A stretch of 64,000 nucleotides of DNA from Nemertoderma westbladi (Eukaryota > Animalia > Xenacoelomorpha). The notes beneath the pieces were generated by a model. That model was not told the origin of the DNA. It did not search any database and saw only the letters and a list, made by a program, of their open reading frames with translations. Each line of letters begins with the position of its first letter. The stretch's first letter is position 1. Made by a program: the position numbers and the translations under genes. This document shows, piece by piece, positions 37,301 to 50,609 of this stretch. Location of the stretch: the NCBI GenBank assembly GCA_032718475.1, contig JAUCBJ010007513.1, positions 62,001-126,000 of the forward strand, written 5' to 3'.

Positions 37301-40300
37301 CATTTTCCGTCGGTCTTTGCCGATGCGTCGACTACCATCCGTAGTTTACCTTTCTTTGGATCTAAAGCCACGTGTAGTGGCAGGTAATATGTCCTGTCCG
37401 TGTTCGGTTCGTCGACCGGTAACTCCACGGCCCATCCTTTCTCGACGTACTTCTTAATCGTTCTGTGGATGTACTCATTCTTCTCGGGGCTCCGTTTTAG
37501 TGTTTGTTTCAGCTTGCGGAGTCTCGTGAGTACCATCCCTCTATTATCGGGCAGCGGTATCTTCGGTAGTTTCCATACCATTCCTATAGTATACCGCCCC
37601 TCATCGCATGTCATCGATTCCTCCACGCTTTGTAAAGCCTGCTTGTCTTCTACCGAGGTCCCGACCCCGGTTTCTTTCAGTCCCTCGAAATCCTGTCTGA
37701 GCAGTCTTTTAAGCTGCTCTTCTGCTCCCTCGTCACCCATTTCCTGCATTGTTCCCGCAAACATGCATCCTGATGTCTCCGACATCCTAAATGGTATCTT
37801 GCTCTTGATTGGACCACTCAGCGTCCACCCGAATGGTGTTAATATGGCCACCGGGTCACTCTGCTTGTCTTCGCCGAAGACCGTTTGCATTCTTTCATGG
37901 GCCGTTGGGCAGTCCATACCTACTATGATGGACACCTTCCTAACGTCCACGTCTGGGATTGAGAAGTCAATGTCGTCCAGGAATTTATACTGCTCGACCT
38001 CGATGTTGGTTGGCCGCCTGGCATTGATATTAATTGACTCTATCACTTGGATGGGGTCGATGGTTGCCCCGTAGTCGCATCCCGGTGCCACTGCTGCAAT
38101 TGCGCACCGTCCTGTTCTCATCTCCAGGATCTCATCTTTGCTAGAGATGGTTGTTACCGCCATTCTGCTTGGCCTCGTTCTCAATCCTATCTCTTCGGCC
38201 ACCCATTCCTCGACTAATGTGAAGGCAGCTCCACTGTCAACCAGCATTAGTGTTGTTACTGATCGATTGCCTTCCCCAATCACTCGTACGGGTACTACTC
38301 CAAGTAACACCGTTCCTCTCTTCTTCGCCCCTACTGTGCTCGTTGCCATCGTTTGGCCTCTCCTCTGACCGAACTTTACCGGCTTCTCTTTGCATTCCCT
38401 AGCTCTATGTCCACTCATCACACACCGTGAGCAGATTTTATTGCTCAACGCGTAATCTATCTGATCTTGCCTAGGTAGCGCCTGCCAGTACCTGCAGTTC
38501 ATGGTTTGATGAAGCGCATTTGCGTGTAGCTGGCATTTGCTCTTTGGGTCGTAGCCCTCCTTATACAGCGCATTGCGTATCGCAGTTGCGTTTGTACCAA
38601 AGTCCCTACTATTCTTATTGTTTGGATTCGGCCTACTGGACGTACTGGGGTTATATTTATTTGTGTTGTTATTGTTCCCCTGTCCGTTCCATGGTGTGAT
38701 CTCATCTTCGGCTAGCTGTGGACTTGCAGTCCCCTGCGTCGCTGCGTATGGCAATGATTGCCTGAGCCTCGGTAATGCGTTTGATGTATTGTGCTCTGGC
38801 TTCGGTCTATGGTAATCCGTCTTCGGTCCCTTTCCCAGGCTATCTTCGCTATAGACTGGGTCAGTTATTAGTTCAGCCTCGTAGTTTAAGAAGCTTGACA
38901 TTTCTTCTAAACCCGGTTCCGCACCCTTCCTATCTCGAGTGGAGAAAGCGATTTTCCTCCACTTGTTGCGCAGCCAGTTCGGTAGTGCCTGCGCTATCGT
39001 TGTGATGTTGTTGGACGCGTTGAGCTCGTATGGCGCGTCTAGCGTCTTCAGCACGATTAGCGCCTTTTCAACTTTGTTAGCAAATGTCTTAATGCTAACG
39101 GGATTATCCTGTAGGCCACCCGATGTTATGCCCCTCAGTGTCTGTCTGATGATCTTGGCCGGGTGCCCGTATTCCCTGTCCAGTGCCCGCCATGCTGTCG
39201 TGAAGCCGCCCTCTATTCCTTGATATTGCCTCACGATATCGTATGCTGGGCCTCCCGTGTATACTTGCAGATACTTTAGGCACTCCGCCTGCGTCAAGTT
39301 CTTTGTTAGTATTTCGTTACTATACATGCGCCGAAACTGTAAATATTCTTCCGGCCTACTCCCATCGAATTTGAATGGTTCCACGGGTGGTAACTCGATC
39401 CTCGTTTTCAACGCATCGATCAACGTGGCCATCCCCATCGCCTGCGCTTCCAATGGATTCGATGGGTGCTGCATAGTTTCTCCTGTCTGGTGCGGTTCGT
39501 CCGTCCTATTTCTTGACTTTCTTTGACTTGGGTATGTCATCGGGGGTAGCGGCCCCCTCCATATTTCTGTGTCACACGACCTATTCTCATCCAAGGGTCT
39601 CGTTGTTCTTGCTCCTATCGGGGTATATTGTTGATATTGTGATGGGGGAATGTCACCCTGTCCCCCCCCCCCCCCCACCGGTATGTTTGGTACTGGGGTT
39701 GATGTTAATATATTGGGGCCCATACACCTATCCGCAATAATTCCCCCCTCCCCTGGGTATATGTTATGTCCCTGCATGCTGTAGTCATACTGCTGTACTG
39801 GTACCGGTATAGGCCTATCAGCTTCTGGCCTACTCGCCGGTATGTATTCCGCGACTTCCGGGTTTAATCCCGTTGTCCACGCTATCCTATCGCCTACATT
39901 GCCTCTCTCAGTATGGCCTATGGTATGTGCAGTAAGGCCTACAGTATGTCCTACAGTCTGCATGTGTCGCTCGGGATCGAAGTTTATTCTTCTCGAATAG
40001 TCCTCCCCGCGGCTACCGTATTCTCGATCGGTAGGTATATTCCGTCGGAAAGTTTCTCTTCGACCCCCCTCTCTACTGTTCTCATCTTCGTACCGGTACA
40101 TCGCGTACCCCTCTCTCGGCGCGTAGTGCGCCTCGCCGGGTCGCATCTCTCCGGGGCGACGGCAATCTCCCGGAGTCCGACCCCACTGACTCTCTGTTCT
40201 CATCTCGACTACCGACGGCTCGCTATCCGTCCTCGCTCTTCTATCGTTCGCGGCGATACTTCTACTACTGTCTTCTCTTCTTCTCCTTTCAGTGGAGTAT

Positions 40301-43034
40301 TCCCGCTCGTGAGATCTCTCGTCGACCTCCCGGTTAAATCCCACTGTTCTTCTTCCCTCTTCTGATCGGGCTCGACGCTTCGTCCGCCCTCTCACGACGT
40401 CAACCTCTCTCTCTCTGCTCGGTCGCACGCCGCTGGGGATACTCGCAATCCCCCTATTACTCTCCGTCGCCGGGTGTTGCGGTTTACCTATTTCGGCCCG
40501 CGCATTATCCGCTGACGGCTGTGGGACACTCTCTGCCCCCCCCCCCCTTTCGCCGCTAACTCGCTGTTGTGGGGCCCCTGTAGCCCCCCCCCACTCGCCA
40601 CATCTAACTTCGCTATCCCTCACCCCGCTACTATATCCCTCTCTAGTCGACACATCAACCCTACCGCGGTCGGGTCTATTCACCCCCGCCTCTCCCTCTG
40701 CTATTGCGTGGCCTACCAGGCCCTCTGCTCCCTGCCTACCAGTTATGTGGCCTACCAGGCCCTCGCTGGGTCTATCCAACCCAGCCACTCCCTGCCTACC
40801 AACTACGTGGCCTACCAGGCCCTCGCCGGGTCTACCTAACCCAGCTACTCCCTGCCTACCAACTATGTGGCCTACCAGGCCCTCGCTGGGTCTATTCAAC
40901 CCAGCCACTCCCTGCCTACCAACTACGTGGCCTACCAGGCCCTCGCTGGGTCTATCCAACCCAGCCACTCCCTGCCTACCAACTACGTGGCCTACCAGGC
41001 CCTCGCCGGGTCTACCTAACCCAGCTACTCCCTGCCTACCAACTACATGGCCTACCAGGCCCTCGTCGGGTCTACCTAACCCAGCCACTTCCGGCCTACT
41101 AACTCTACGACCTACCAGGCCCTCGTCTGTCTGGCCATACACGCCCGACGTGTTTACGTTAATAGCACCCATATCGGAAACGGAATCAATTTGTTCGTTC
41201 GAAACAAAATCATTTGAATTACTTTGCGCGACTACACTATTTGAATTATTTTGTAAATTCGGGCTCGGATCATTATTTAAATTATTTGGATTATTTTGTG
41301 TAATTGCGTTACTTAAATTATTTTGTAGGTTCGAATTTGGGTTATTATTTTGATTATTTGGATTATTTTGTGTAGCTACATTAATATTAGAATTATTTTC
41401 TACATTAATATTAGGATTGTTCTGATTTAAATTTAAATTACTATCACTAGGCAAAGTATTTCCTGCAATAAAGGTTTGATTAGAATTATCCCATACGGTA
41501 CTATTAATATTAACCACGTCTACTGTACCATTATCATTATTACCCCCCCCCCCCCGCCCGTACGGTCACACCAGTTTTGGGTCTGTCGTGCGGTCCCTGT
41601 AAGTGGGGTATTAATAAATGTATCCACGGCCCCTGGCTCCCCTAAAATACTCGAGCCAGTCTCGCTCTCAGACGCCCCCGCCCGCACCAGTTGCAGCTCG
41701 TGCGTGCGTCTAATCCTATGTTCCGCTAGCTCACTTTGGCGTCTCTTTAATTCCTTATGTTCTCGCTCAGCTTCTACCATTCTCCTCTCACACTCCCGCG
41801 CGTCCCGCTCAGCCAACTCTGCTACTCTCCTAGCGCTCTCCCTTCGCCTCGCTTCACGCTCCTTGCGTTCACTTTCCCGTCTCGCCTCACGCTCCTTGCG
41901 TTCCTTTTCCTCTCTCGCCTCACGCTCCCTACACTCCCTTTCCTCTATTTCATCACACTCCCTAAGGCCTCTCAAAGCCCTTTCAGCCCTCTCTCCGGTT
42001 TCTCTAATCAATGTCGCTTCCCTCTCTAGCCGCATTCTCCCCTCCTCTAGCTGTTTATCCATTTCCCTCTGGCCTTGCTTTATCAGGTCGAGACGGCACG
42101 CGGCACCTATCTCTCTCACCAGTCTTTCTTTTACGGAGGATGTAGCAGACTTATCGGTTGTGACGGATTCCCTCCGCCTTCCCGTCCTACTAACTTTCCC
42201 CCGCCTCCCGGAACTTCCTCCGACCGACGAGGCCGAATCCTCGGGGTTAACCTCGGATTCGCCCCCTTCAGGTCCCCTCCAACCCACTAATTTTACTCCC
42301 CGGGCATCGACCAAGTATGGCCCTATGTACACTGACGCTACGCTAGGTTCCATACTCCCACATTCCCATAGTTCAAACAGTTCGCTGGCAACCCCTTTTG
42401 CTCTCTCCTCGGCTAGTTCTCTCTGCCCGAAGCGCATTAGATAATATAAATGTCTGTCCGACTTACCTAGTCCTGACTTTAGTTTTACCTCGTCTATCGT
42501 TTTCCCCTTCCTGGCCTCCTCTAGTAGTCTCCGGGTCGCGTTGTAGGCCCGTCGAAGTCGATCGGAGACCCCGACGTCCTCGTCGCCGACCTCTCCTCCG
42601 TCTCTCCGGGTTCGACGTCGTACCGTCGGCCCCACCGTCGCCGTTCCGGTGGGCCGTCCGTCGCCCTCGGCCTGTGCCTGGCCGGCGACATCGGTATCGA
42701 CATCTCCGTCGTCTCTCCGGGTCCGGCGTCGTACCGTCGGCCCCACCGTCGCCGTCTCGGTGGGCCGTCCGTCGCCCTCGGCCTGTGGCTGGCCCGCGAC
42801 ATCGGTACCGACGTCCGTGTCTCGTGTCGACTCGTCTCCGTCTCCCTCCGTCTCGCTCTCTCCTCCTCTCGGCTCGACCTCAGGTTCCAGGCGGCCCCCC
42901 TCATCCTCAGCTGCCGGATGACCCGTTACCGATGGGTCCGGCGTTGTGGGCCTGTACCGCCTGGTTGCGGCCTCGCGGATCGTTAGTTCTTCGTCCGGGG
43001 TCCGCGTCGGTGTCGTCTCACCTGACCGACTCAT
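34330..43034 (-). CDS. BEL/Pao gag-pol of element B (about 2900 aa), one frameshift at a C13 homopolymer near 41543-41555
   Basis: KFDGSRPEEY, CQLH..C/CSRCVMSGHRAREC, LVDSGA, YVDD, FSDAS, HKSILH..CQTC, GVDMFGP, SDNGTNF, VERLV. Track ORFs 41520-43034 and 34330-41517 join across the homopolymer. Confidence 0.92.
40705..41125. repeat. 60-bp coding tandem repeat (20 aa, GLVGHVVGRQGVAGLxRPxE) in Gag of element B
   Basis: About seven copies visible in register in the 60-column listing. Confidence 0.95.
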
Positions 43035-43140
43035 CTTCTTTACCTCTAGATTGGTGGCTGGTAGTCGCTGTTTATCTAGGGCGGCAGCTGGTTTTAGTTA
43101 CTGTTACAGTTTAACTAGGGCGGCAGCTCGATTTAGTTAC

Positions 43141-43681
43141 TGTGACGGGATCCAGGAGGGATCCCGGTTTATCCGGTGTTAGTTCACGCGTCCCCGCCGT
43201 GTGTGAAGAGTAAATGAAAATGAGTAAATGAGTTCGCTGTCCTTCGTTGTATATAATGATCGGTATAAAGATATAGATATAGGTTGTTGTACACGGAAGG
43301 CGGGATACGGTAACTAAAGTCCCGGTCCTTCCCTAGCTAAACTATCTAACCTAAACTGGCACTAATATTGCACTGAGATAACTGAACTGATATGATTACT
43401 GCCAAGTGGCTATATTGCACGGTTGGCCTTGTTACTCTACCTAATCGATGCCTTTCCCCCCTCTGATTGGTTGATACCCTTGTTGGCGCCCTTTGGAGTG
43501 TTCCCGTTCACTCCACCTGTTCTCTCTGGGTTAGGGGTTTGGCCCCTGACCCTCATTGTGTGCTTCTCCTTCCCATTCTTATTGGGGTGGCACGAGTTGG
43601 TTGATTACCCAATCTCGTGGCCCCCAATATTGCTTATCGGCTTAACTTTATGGGGTGTTAGCGGGATTGAATAAGCTAACA
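43141..43681 (-). repeat. 5' LTR of element B
   Basis: 541 bp, TG...CA. Confidence 0.95.
43383..43472 (-). promoter_or_regulatory. Candidate LTR promoter: CCAAT box, TATA-like box, initiator
   Basis: Element sense CCAATCA (about 43465), AATATAG (about 43413) and TCAGTT with A at 43388, at roughly -80, -27 and +1. Confidence 0.5.
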
Positions 43682-43882
43682 GGGGGTCCTAGTTACAGGT
43701 CCAGATTTGCCCTAGTAAGAGGGTCTATGCAGCTACAGGTGGCACCTCCTTTATGCTGCATGGAGGTGGCAAGTTTTCTTGATCAATGACCTAGAATACC
43801 TGACCTGACCATAAAAATAAGTCATAATCATTAAGTCATAAAAATAAAAGATCATCTCCTGGATCCGATATTCTTAAAACTT

Positions 43883-44281
43883 TTGTTACCTGGTTTTACC
43901 AGACTTTCTGACACTTTTCTACTGAAGCGGTGCATTGCTGGATTTACTCAAAACCAGTCTGAGAGTATAAACTCTCTAGTTTGGAAGAGATTACCAAAAC
44001 ATAGGTTTCATGGGATATCGCGTATAAATTTGGGGGTTTCTAGTGCTATTTTATATTTTAAATCGGGGTCTATAACACGTTCACGCGTTCTAGAACAACT
44101 TGGTGAAGAAGTCTGGCACACCTCAACCTTCAAGTCTCTCCATATTCAAAAAGATAGAAAACGAGTAAGACAGTCACTTCTCAAGGTCAAAGACGCAAAG
44201 CGCAGAAGAGCTTCAAAGATGGCTGAAGCACGACAGACAGGTGAAATTACCTATGGACCAGGAGCATTTGGAACAACATAA
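43883..44281 (+). pseudogene. C-terminal fragment of a Mutator-like/Kolobok-type DDE transposase; element 3' region probably extends to about 45050
   Basis: LLKRCIAGFTQNQSESINSLVWKRLPK..F..AILYF..G and terminal YGPGAF are characteristic of this transposase group. Confidence 0.75.
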
Positions 44282-45959
44282 TTATTTAGTGTTATTCCAC
44301 TTTTGAGGTTTGACCATATTTTTGTGGCAATTGTTCCAAATTAATGTAATGAAACAAGTGATTAATTAACATTTCATATTTTTAAAAAATTTATAATTCT
44401 AAAAAAATTTTTTAATTTAAATTTTTTTACTATTCCGCCTTTTTCAATTGTAATTTCTGTATAAAAATAATAAAAATTACAATTCTAAAAAAAATTTAAA
44501 TTAAAAAAAATTTTAGATTAATAATTTTAAATTCAAAATAAATTTTAAAATTTTAATTTATATAATTCCATATGTAGTGGTAAACTTACATATAAATAAA
44601 ATGCTGTTTTTAGAATGTACTTCTCAGAATTTTTTTTTCACAAAAAAGCCACTACTCGGTCAATTTTTAATGAATTTACTTGAAATTTTCACACAATGTT
44701 CAACAAGCACTACTCTACTCAGTGAAATGTGTGGTCAAATTTTTGATATACTATGCTGTTCGCGTTTTATCGTCTTAGAAGTGATAAAAAATGGTGCAAT
44801 TTTTTAAAATTTATTTTACAATCATTACTTTTCATCCTAATAGCTAAAAATTAAAAAAATTAAAAAATTTGAACACACATTCTTATTTACATTAGTTTAT
44901 GTACCAACATAGTAAGTTTCAGCCGAAAACAGTAATATATGAGGGAGGAGTAGCGTTTTGTAATATTAGTTAATAATTATTAAGACTAATTAGTTAATAT
45001 CTATTACTAATAAAATAAATTTGAAATATTTAATTTGAAAGTGTGGGTAAGCTAAGTAGCAATGTACATGCAAAAAATCAGGTCCAAATAATGAAAATTA
45101 AAGGCTGTAGACCTCAAAATGTAACTGTTAATTTTTTCACCATGTACAATGTACACACAGCTCAAACTATATGGCATTGGAGGAGTCTCATTAGTTGATT
45201 TAGTATTTAATGTGATGATAGACCAGTGGTCCCCGGCCAAGTTTGGCTTTTTACACTATCAATTATTACATTATTTACAAAATTGCACGTAGCGGTAATA
45301 AAACAATAGATGAAATGTGATTCGGATTAATACTAATATAAACACCCAAGTAGTTGGCCCTTTAATTATTTAATTTTTCCTGTCTAGTGTCGCACATTAG
45401 TATATATCTTTAGCTATATAGGCATTATGAGTATTAATGTAATAATTTGTCACTTTATCTGTAAGCATGGTCTTGTGTGCAACTAATAATAATCTAAATA
45501 ATAATAATGAAAGTTAATAATTGGAATACTGCTGAATCATTTTATACTAAAATTCAACCTGTAAATCATTTCAGATTTGACCTTTGATATTGCGCTGTCA
45601 CGGACATGTTTGTATTCTGATAGATTGATGTAAAAACTTATCTTATATAAATGATTAATTTCTATATAGGTAATTACGGGGGGAGGGGGGGGGGGGGGTA
45701 CTGGCTTGGAAATCAATATTTTGAAAATGCTTACTGTACCAAAGAGCGATTAAGTAGAAAAAATAAAAAAATTCATTTTTTACGCCCCTTAGCGGCCAGA
45801 GCCTAAATTCACGTTTTTGACTTCAGCACTACTACCTAGGCGCCAGTGACGTATTTAGAAATCTGCAAGGGGGGGGGGGGGGGGGGGGGGGCACATGAAT
45901 TATTATATTATTATTAAGGATTTACATAGTGATAATAATCGACATACTGTTCATGTACA

Positions 45960-46140
45960 GTGTTACTCAACCAGCACTACCTGGCCCTACTCAACCTGCA
46001 CTACCTGGTAGTGGGGTAACGTTACTCAACCAGCACTACCCGGGCGTGGGGTCACGTTACTCAACGAGCACTACTACCCGGGTGCGGGGTCATGTTACTC
46101 AACATGCACTACAACCCGGGCACGAGGTCACGTTACTTAA
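45960..46140. repeat. Minisatellite, about 33-bp unit GTTACTCAACCAGCACTACCCGG..GGGGTCAC
   Basis: Five to six degenerate copies read directly. Confidence 0.8.
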
Positions 46141-46923
46141 CTTTAAGTACAACCTCAGTACGGGACCACCATAATTACAACATCTTGCGTTCTGCATCTA
46201 CATCACCAACTACACCTTGATGTTTGTTACTTCCTTGTATTCTATACTTTTATATTCTAACTCAAAACTAAAATAAAAAATTATTACATTTGATTGATAC
46301 CAATCTATTCGATTAAAAATGAATGATAATGAATGAAATAACTATTTTGGAATGTATAATATATTGAACTATATATTATAATATATATATTGGAATATAT
46401 TGAAATCTATTGATTCTCCTTATATAAGTCTATTAATAATTTGGTTTTATCACAAGATAAAAAAGTTAATATATTTGATTTGATTTGACGATGTAAAAGG
46501 CAGAAACGATCCGATAACACGAAAATTGCCACAGACTCAATGATAGAAACACCAGATGGAGCTCATGTGGGCCTAGTAAGTAATGCTACTACTATTGAAT
46601 GGATAGGCCCAAACTGCAGGAGAAGTAGATCTATCACTTGCCAAGTTTTAGTAAGGTTGTGTTTATTTATTACTCTCTCACCATATCCTAGACAGTAAGC
46701 AAACATCATGGAGGTTTTCCTCGGAGAAGGAAAGCCCCGGCTTCGCCTCGGCTAGTTCCTACTCCTCGGGTAAAAACAACCAGAAAAACAACAAAACAAC
46801 CGGGAAATAATTCTGTTGTTGAATATTTATTCAGGCAAAACAACACAGTGATAGAAAATCAATGCCAATGTGGGGCGAGCCTTAGCGCACAAAAATAATT
46901 AGTAAATAAGGCAAAATTGCATG

Positions 46924-47160
<237 letters not shown>

Positions 47161-47789
47161 AATGAAAAATTCATTCGTAAACAACTTTGAAGATTTTAAC
47201 CATTTTCAACCAAATTTTGCATGTGCATACTAGAGAAAAATTTAAAATATTTTTTAAATTTATGGGCAAATACCTCTCGAACTTTTGACTCCAGATCAAA
47301 TCAAACTAGTTTCAAACTTGCTCAAGTTCACGTTCTGCGCGACGCCCCAAGAACGTGTTTATTACAAGCTAAATTGTTAGATGCATTAACAGATTCTAAA
47401 GAGGTTAGTTTGGGGGCCCAGTATAGAAATTGGGGCTTGGTTAAACAAATTGGGGGTTGGGGTGGGGGGGGGGGGGGGGGAATCAGCTTGTCACAAGGCG
47501 CCAGAAACCTCGGTACGCCTCTGATTGGACGTGGTCGAAGCTTTCTCACGGGCGAAGTTTGCTGCGTACCGATTTGCGTCCAGTTTCACTCTGTCTGGTT
47601 TAGCTATGAAAGTTCCTTCGTACAAAGTACTGCCATTGCTAAGAGTAATACCACCCATTCTGAGACAGATAGCGGGCACTTTCGTCACAAACAAAGTGTC
47701 AAGCTAGGGCAGACTAATGGAACACCTCCAATGTTGTATAGTCTGATTGGAGATGTGTTTATTGTACTTGACACAATGAACCTAGGCGC

Positions 47790-48050
47790 AGCATTCTTGT
47801 GAATGTGCCATCCAGAGATTTGGTATCATCTGTAGTTAGAGCCCAGTATGGACTCCCATATGAGTACTGGTACTACAACTGCCATAAATAATCGAACCTT
47901 AAGGTACAGTTTTATTCTATGGGACTTCCAAATCCTGGACAGACTATTTAATGCTGCCCATGCCTTCCCCTTACGCATCCGAAGGTCTTCACCTGACTTT
48001 CTGATCCATGATCCTAACCCAAGTAGCAGAAGTCATCCACGTGCTCAGGC
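47790..48050 (-). mobile_element. Degenerate fragment of the RTE-like LINE family
   Basis: Reverse complement matches about 2040-2295 (HVDDFCYLG..KSGEDLRMRKGKAWAALNSL..LDGTFTRML). Confidence 0.85.
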
Positions 48051-49039
48051 AAGCTGTCCTTAGGCCTACCTCAGTACTAACTGGTAAGTGATATCTTCGA
48101 ACTGTCTGAATGATGAATAATGATAGAGAATGACTGTCAAACTATACCGCTATAGCAGCAGTTGGTGTTTAGAGCGTATTTCAGTACAGCAATAGCTCTG
48201 TACCAGGGTACAAGAATTTCAAAAGGATACTTTACTCACTGCTATGTAAGGTGGGAGGCCAGCTGATTGAATTTTAAGCACTGGGCCGTTCAAATGTTTT
48301 ATAGGTTAATAATGACATTTAGGGGCTGGGATTACTCTCTCTCAGACTGTAAGTAAAGCTGGGAAGAGACCCAACTAACTACACTATGTTTGTCTATGGA
48401 CGGCACGTCACTAGGACTGGTAGCCGTTCAAGAGTGAGGGGGAAAAATTGAATAAAAAATTACTAAGGCTAACTAGACTGCTACTGTACTAGGACAATAT
48501 ACTGTACTGTACTGTGCTACTGTACTGTAGTAGGCCTACAAGGACTACAAAGAAAAGACTTAAATTTTATCGGTAAACTGAAAGTATGCAGTTCAAAGGC
48601 CTAGGCCTATGGTACATCGTGTGGGCCTACCTTCATATATACCGTATCTAGTAATTCCTAACCATTTCATTAATGATGACCTTAAAGTCGATTACTGATA
48701 AAAATAAATTAAGCTTGTACAAAAGAGTTCAGAGTTTTGTTAATACACAGTCGGTATAATATCTAATATAACGTAAATATAAATTTTTTTCTAATATAAG
48801 TATATAACGAACAAATAATATATAAATATACAGTATTACAACTCTACGATAAATGTCACCAGTATCTTTCTACTCCTACTCAATATCCCTCACCACTCTA
48901 AACCCCCATCCACCTTACAGTGCAATACCTTCTCCTTTACTCATACTACTGACCCACCTTACATTCACAATATAACTATCGTATACTCTCGATTCCTAAT
49001 TAACTAATTATTGGTAAACTACAGTAATAATGTTTTCAT

Positions 49040-49335
49040 CACATTCCCCCATGATAGACACGACATGGCTATCAATAAAACGATAATACATTCTCCATTT
49101 TAACCACATTCCCCCAAGCAAAATCTTACCTTTCCTCAAGCACAAATCACTCCAAGTCACTTAATCCAGATAAATCAGTTATAGGATTTCCGTATCTTTC
49201 GACAGGATTACGAATTCTCCTGGAACGGCGCGGCACTTCCCTTTCCTCCAGAGCTTCTACAAATCCCGCTTCGTGCGACTCGCCATCGGACAACTGTTCA
49301 ACCAAGAACGAATCTTCCAATTCTGGGGTACCTCC
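49040..49335 (-). mobile_element. 3' end of another LTR retrotransposon, target of A2
   Basis: Open frame 49335-49147 ending EVPRRSRRIRNPVERYGNP..stop, typical of an integrase tail; followed by GGGGGAA-TGTG PPT/LTR-start motifs near 49108 and 49043. Confidence 0.6.
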
Positions 49336-50609
49336 TGTAAAAGCTTCTGTGGGATATAACTGGCCCTTTTGCTTCGCAATCCAGTTTCCCCCCTAGGCGC
49401 TGGAATACTCTAAAAGGCTCTATAACTATATATATATTCCCCTCGCCCGCAAGGTACCGTTATAGGTGTTTTAACGGACATAAAAGTCATTCTGCTATAT
49501 ACGTGTTTTGGCGGACATGGTAAGGCAAAAAACCTGCAATGCACCAAATACCTTTACACAGCTTAGCCTTGATGATTCAGATTACGACATCTAACAGCTG
49601 GTTGCTGACATGGGAACAGCCATTGGACACGTAGTTCTTTGTTTAGCTTAAGCCAATCAGAGCGATTTTTTCTGTCGATGTGGAGATATTCAGCAGATCG
49701 TGCTAGTAGTGTTCAGTCTTACTGTTTTTTCTTGATACTGTTGTGTTGTTGCTATCTAGGCCAGGAACACCGGCTCTAGAGTCAATTCGTTTTCATACTT
49801 TAGAAGAAACATTAGTAGGCTTAAATTATAGAGCGTATAACTGTTATCAATTCATCACATATCTTATCTAATCATATCAACTGATCGCAATTCAGTCTTA
49901 CATTATCGGTTCAATATACATTATTATACTGCTATTTACTATTGTTTGGTTGAATATTATTTGGAGAATATTTATAAAGAACCGAAATTTCCCAATTTTC
50001 TTGATACACTACAGGTTAGAGAGACGGGTTATATATAGCGATTGCGACTTATATTATTGTGGTTTGTAGTGAATTTAATGCTATTTGATAAGCACTACAT
50101 GAATCCGTTGCTGTCTTCTTTATATATGATAAAATTCATTGACGGTCGGCAAATTAGTGAGCAGTATTGTGTGTTACCGGTAGTGTGCATGATTGTGACT
50201 GATAACTAAGCATTTCCTAAAGAATGCGCCTCATACGTGAATCATAAGCCTTACCGACTTACCGTTGTGATTAGTATAAGTCATATCTCTGTTTACCTAG
50301 ATAGAGCGCCACGTCCTAAAGGAACTGTTAATATTTCCCGAAAGTAAATAATATTAGTCAGAAATTATTTATTAACGATCAATCGAATAATACAATACAG
50401 TAAGCTTACACTGCAATAATAATCTAAGCCCTCAGAATCCAGTCTCCCGGGTATATCCAGCGGGTGAATGGACGCGCACTAGGCTGGCTTCTGCTAATGT
50501 TGTGTTTATTGGTATTAAATATTTGTCATCTTCTAAAGTCTATTTATAAACCAAAAGACATATAAATTTTGGCGGGTTAAACTGCTAAAGGTCTTCAAAA
50601 GCGCGTACA
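49336..50609 (+). repeat. 5' LTR of A2
   Basis: 1274 bp, TGTAAAAG...GCGCGTACA; homologous to the A1 LTRs with a divergent patch at about 49848-49945. Confidence 0.95.

Larger units (their letters stand above)
31170..43681 (-). mobile_element. BEL/Pao LTR retrotransposon family B, full length
   Basis: LTRs 31170-31711 and 43141-43681 (TG...CA, about seven differences); PPT GGGGGGGAG at 31720-31712; complete gag-pol; no TSD seen. Confidence 0.95.

Noticed and set aside
40567-43182. Several long plus-strand ORFs opposite element B gag
   Set aside because: Antisense shadows of repetitive GC-rich coding sequence; the same applies to those opposite the gypsy pol.
48480-48620. TACTG and TAGGCCTA motif clusters
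   Set aside because: Low-complexity motifs scattered through the window with no defined structure.
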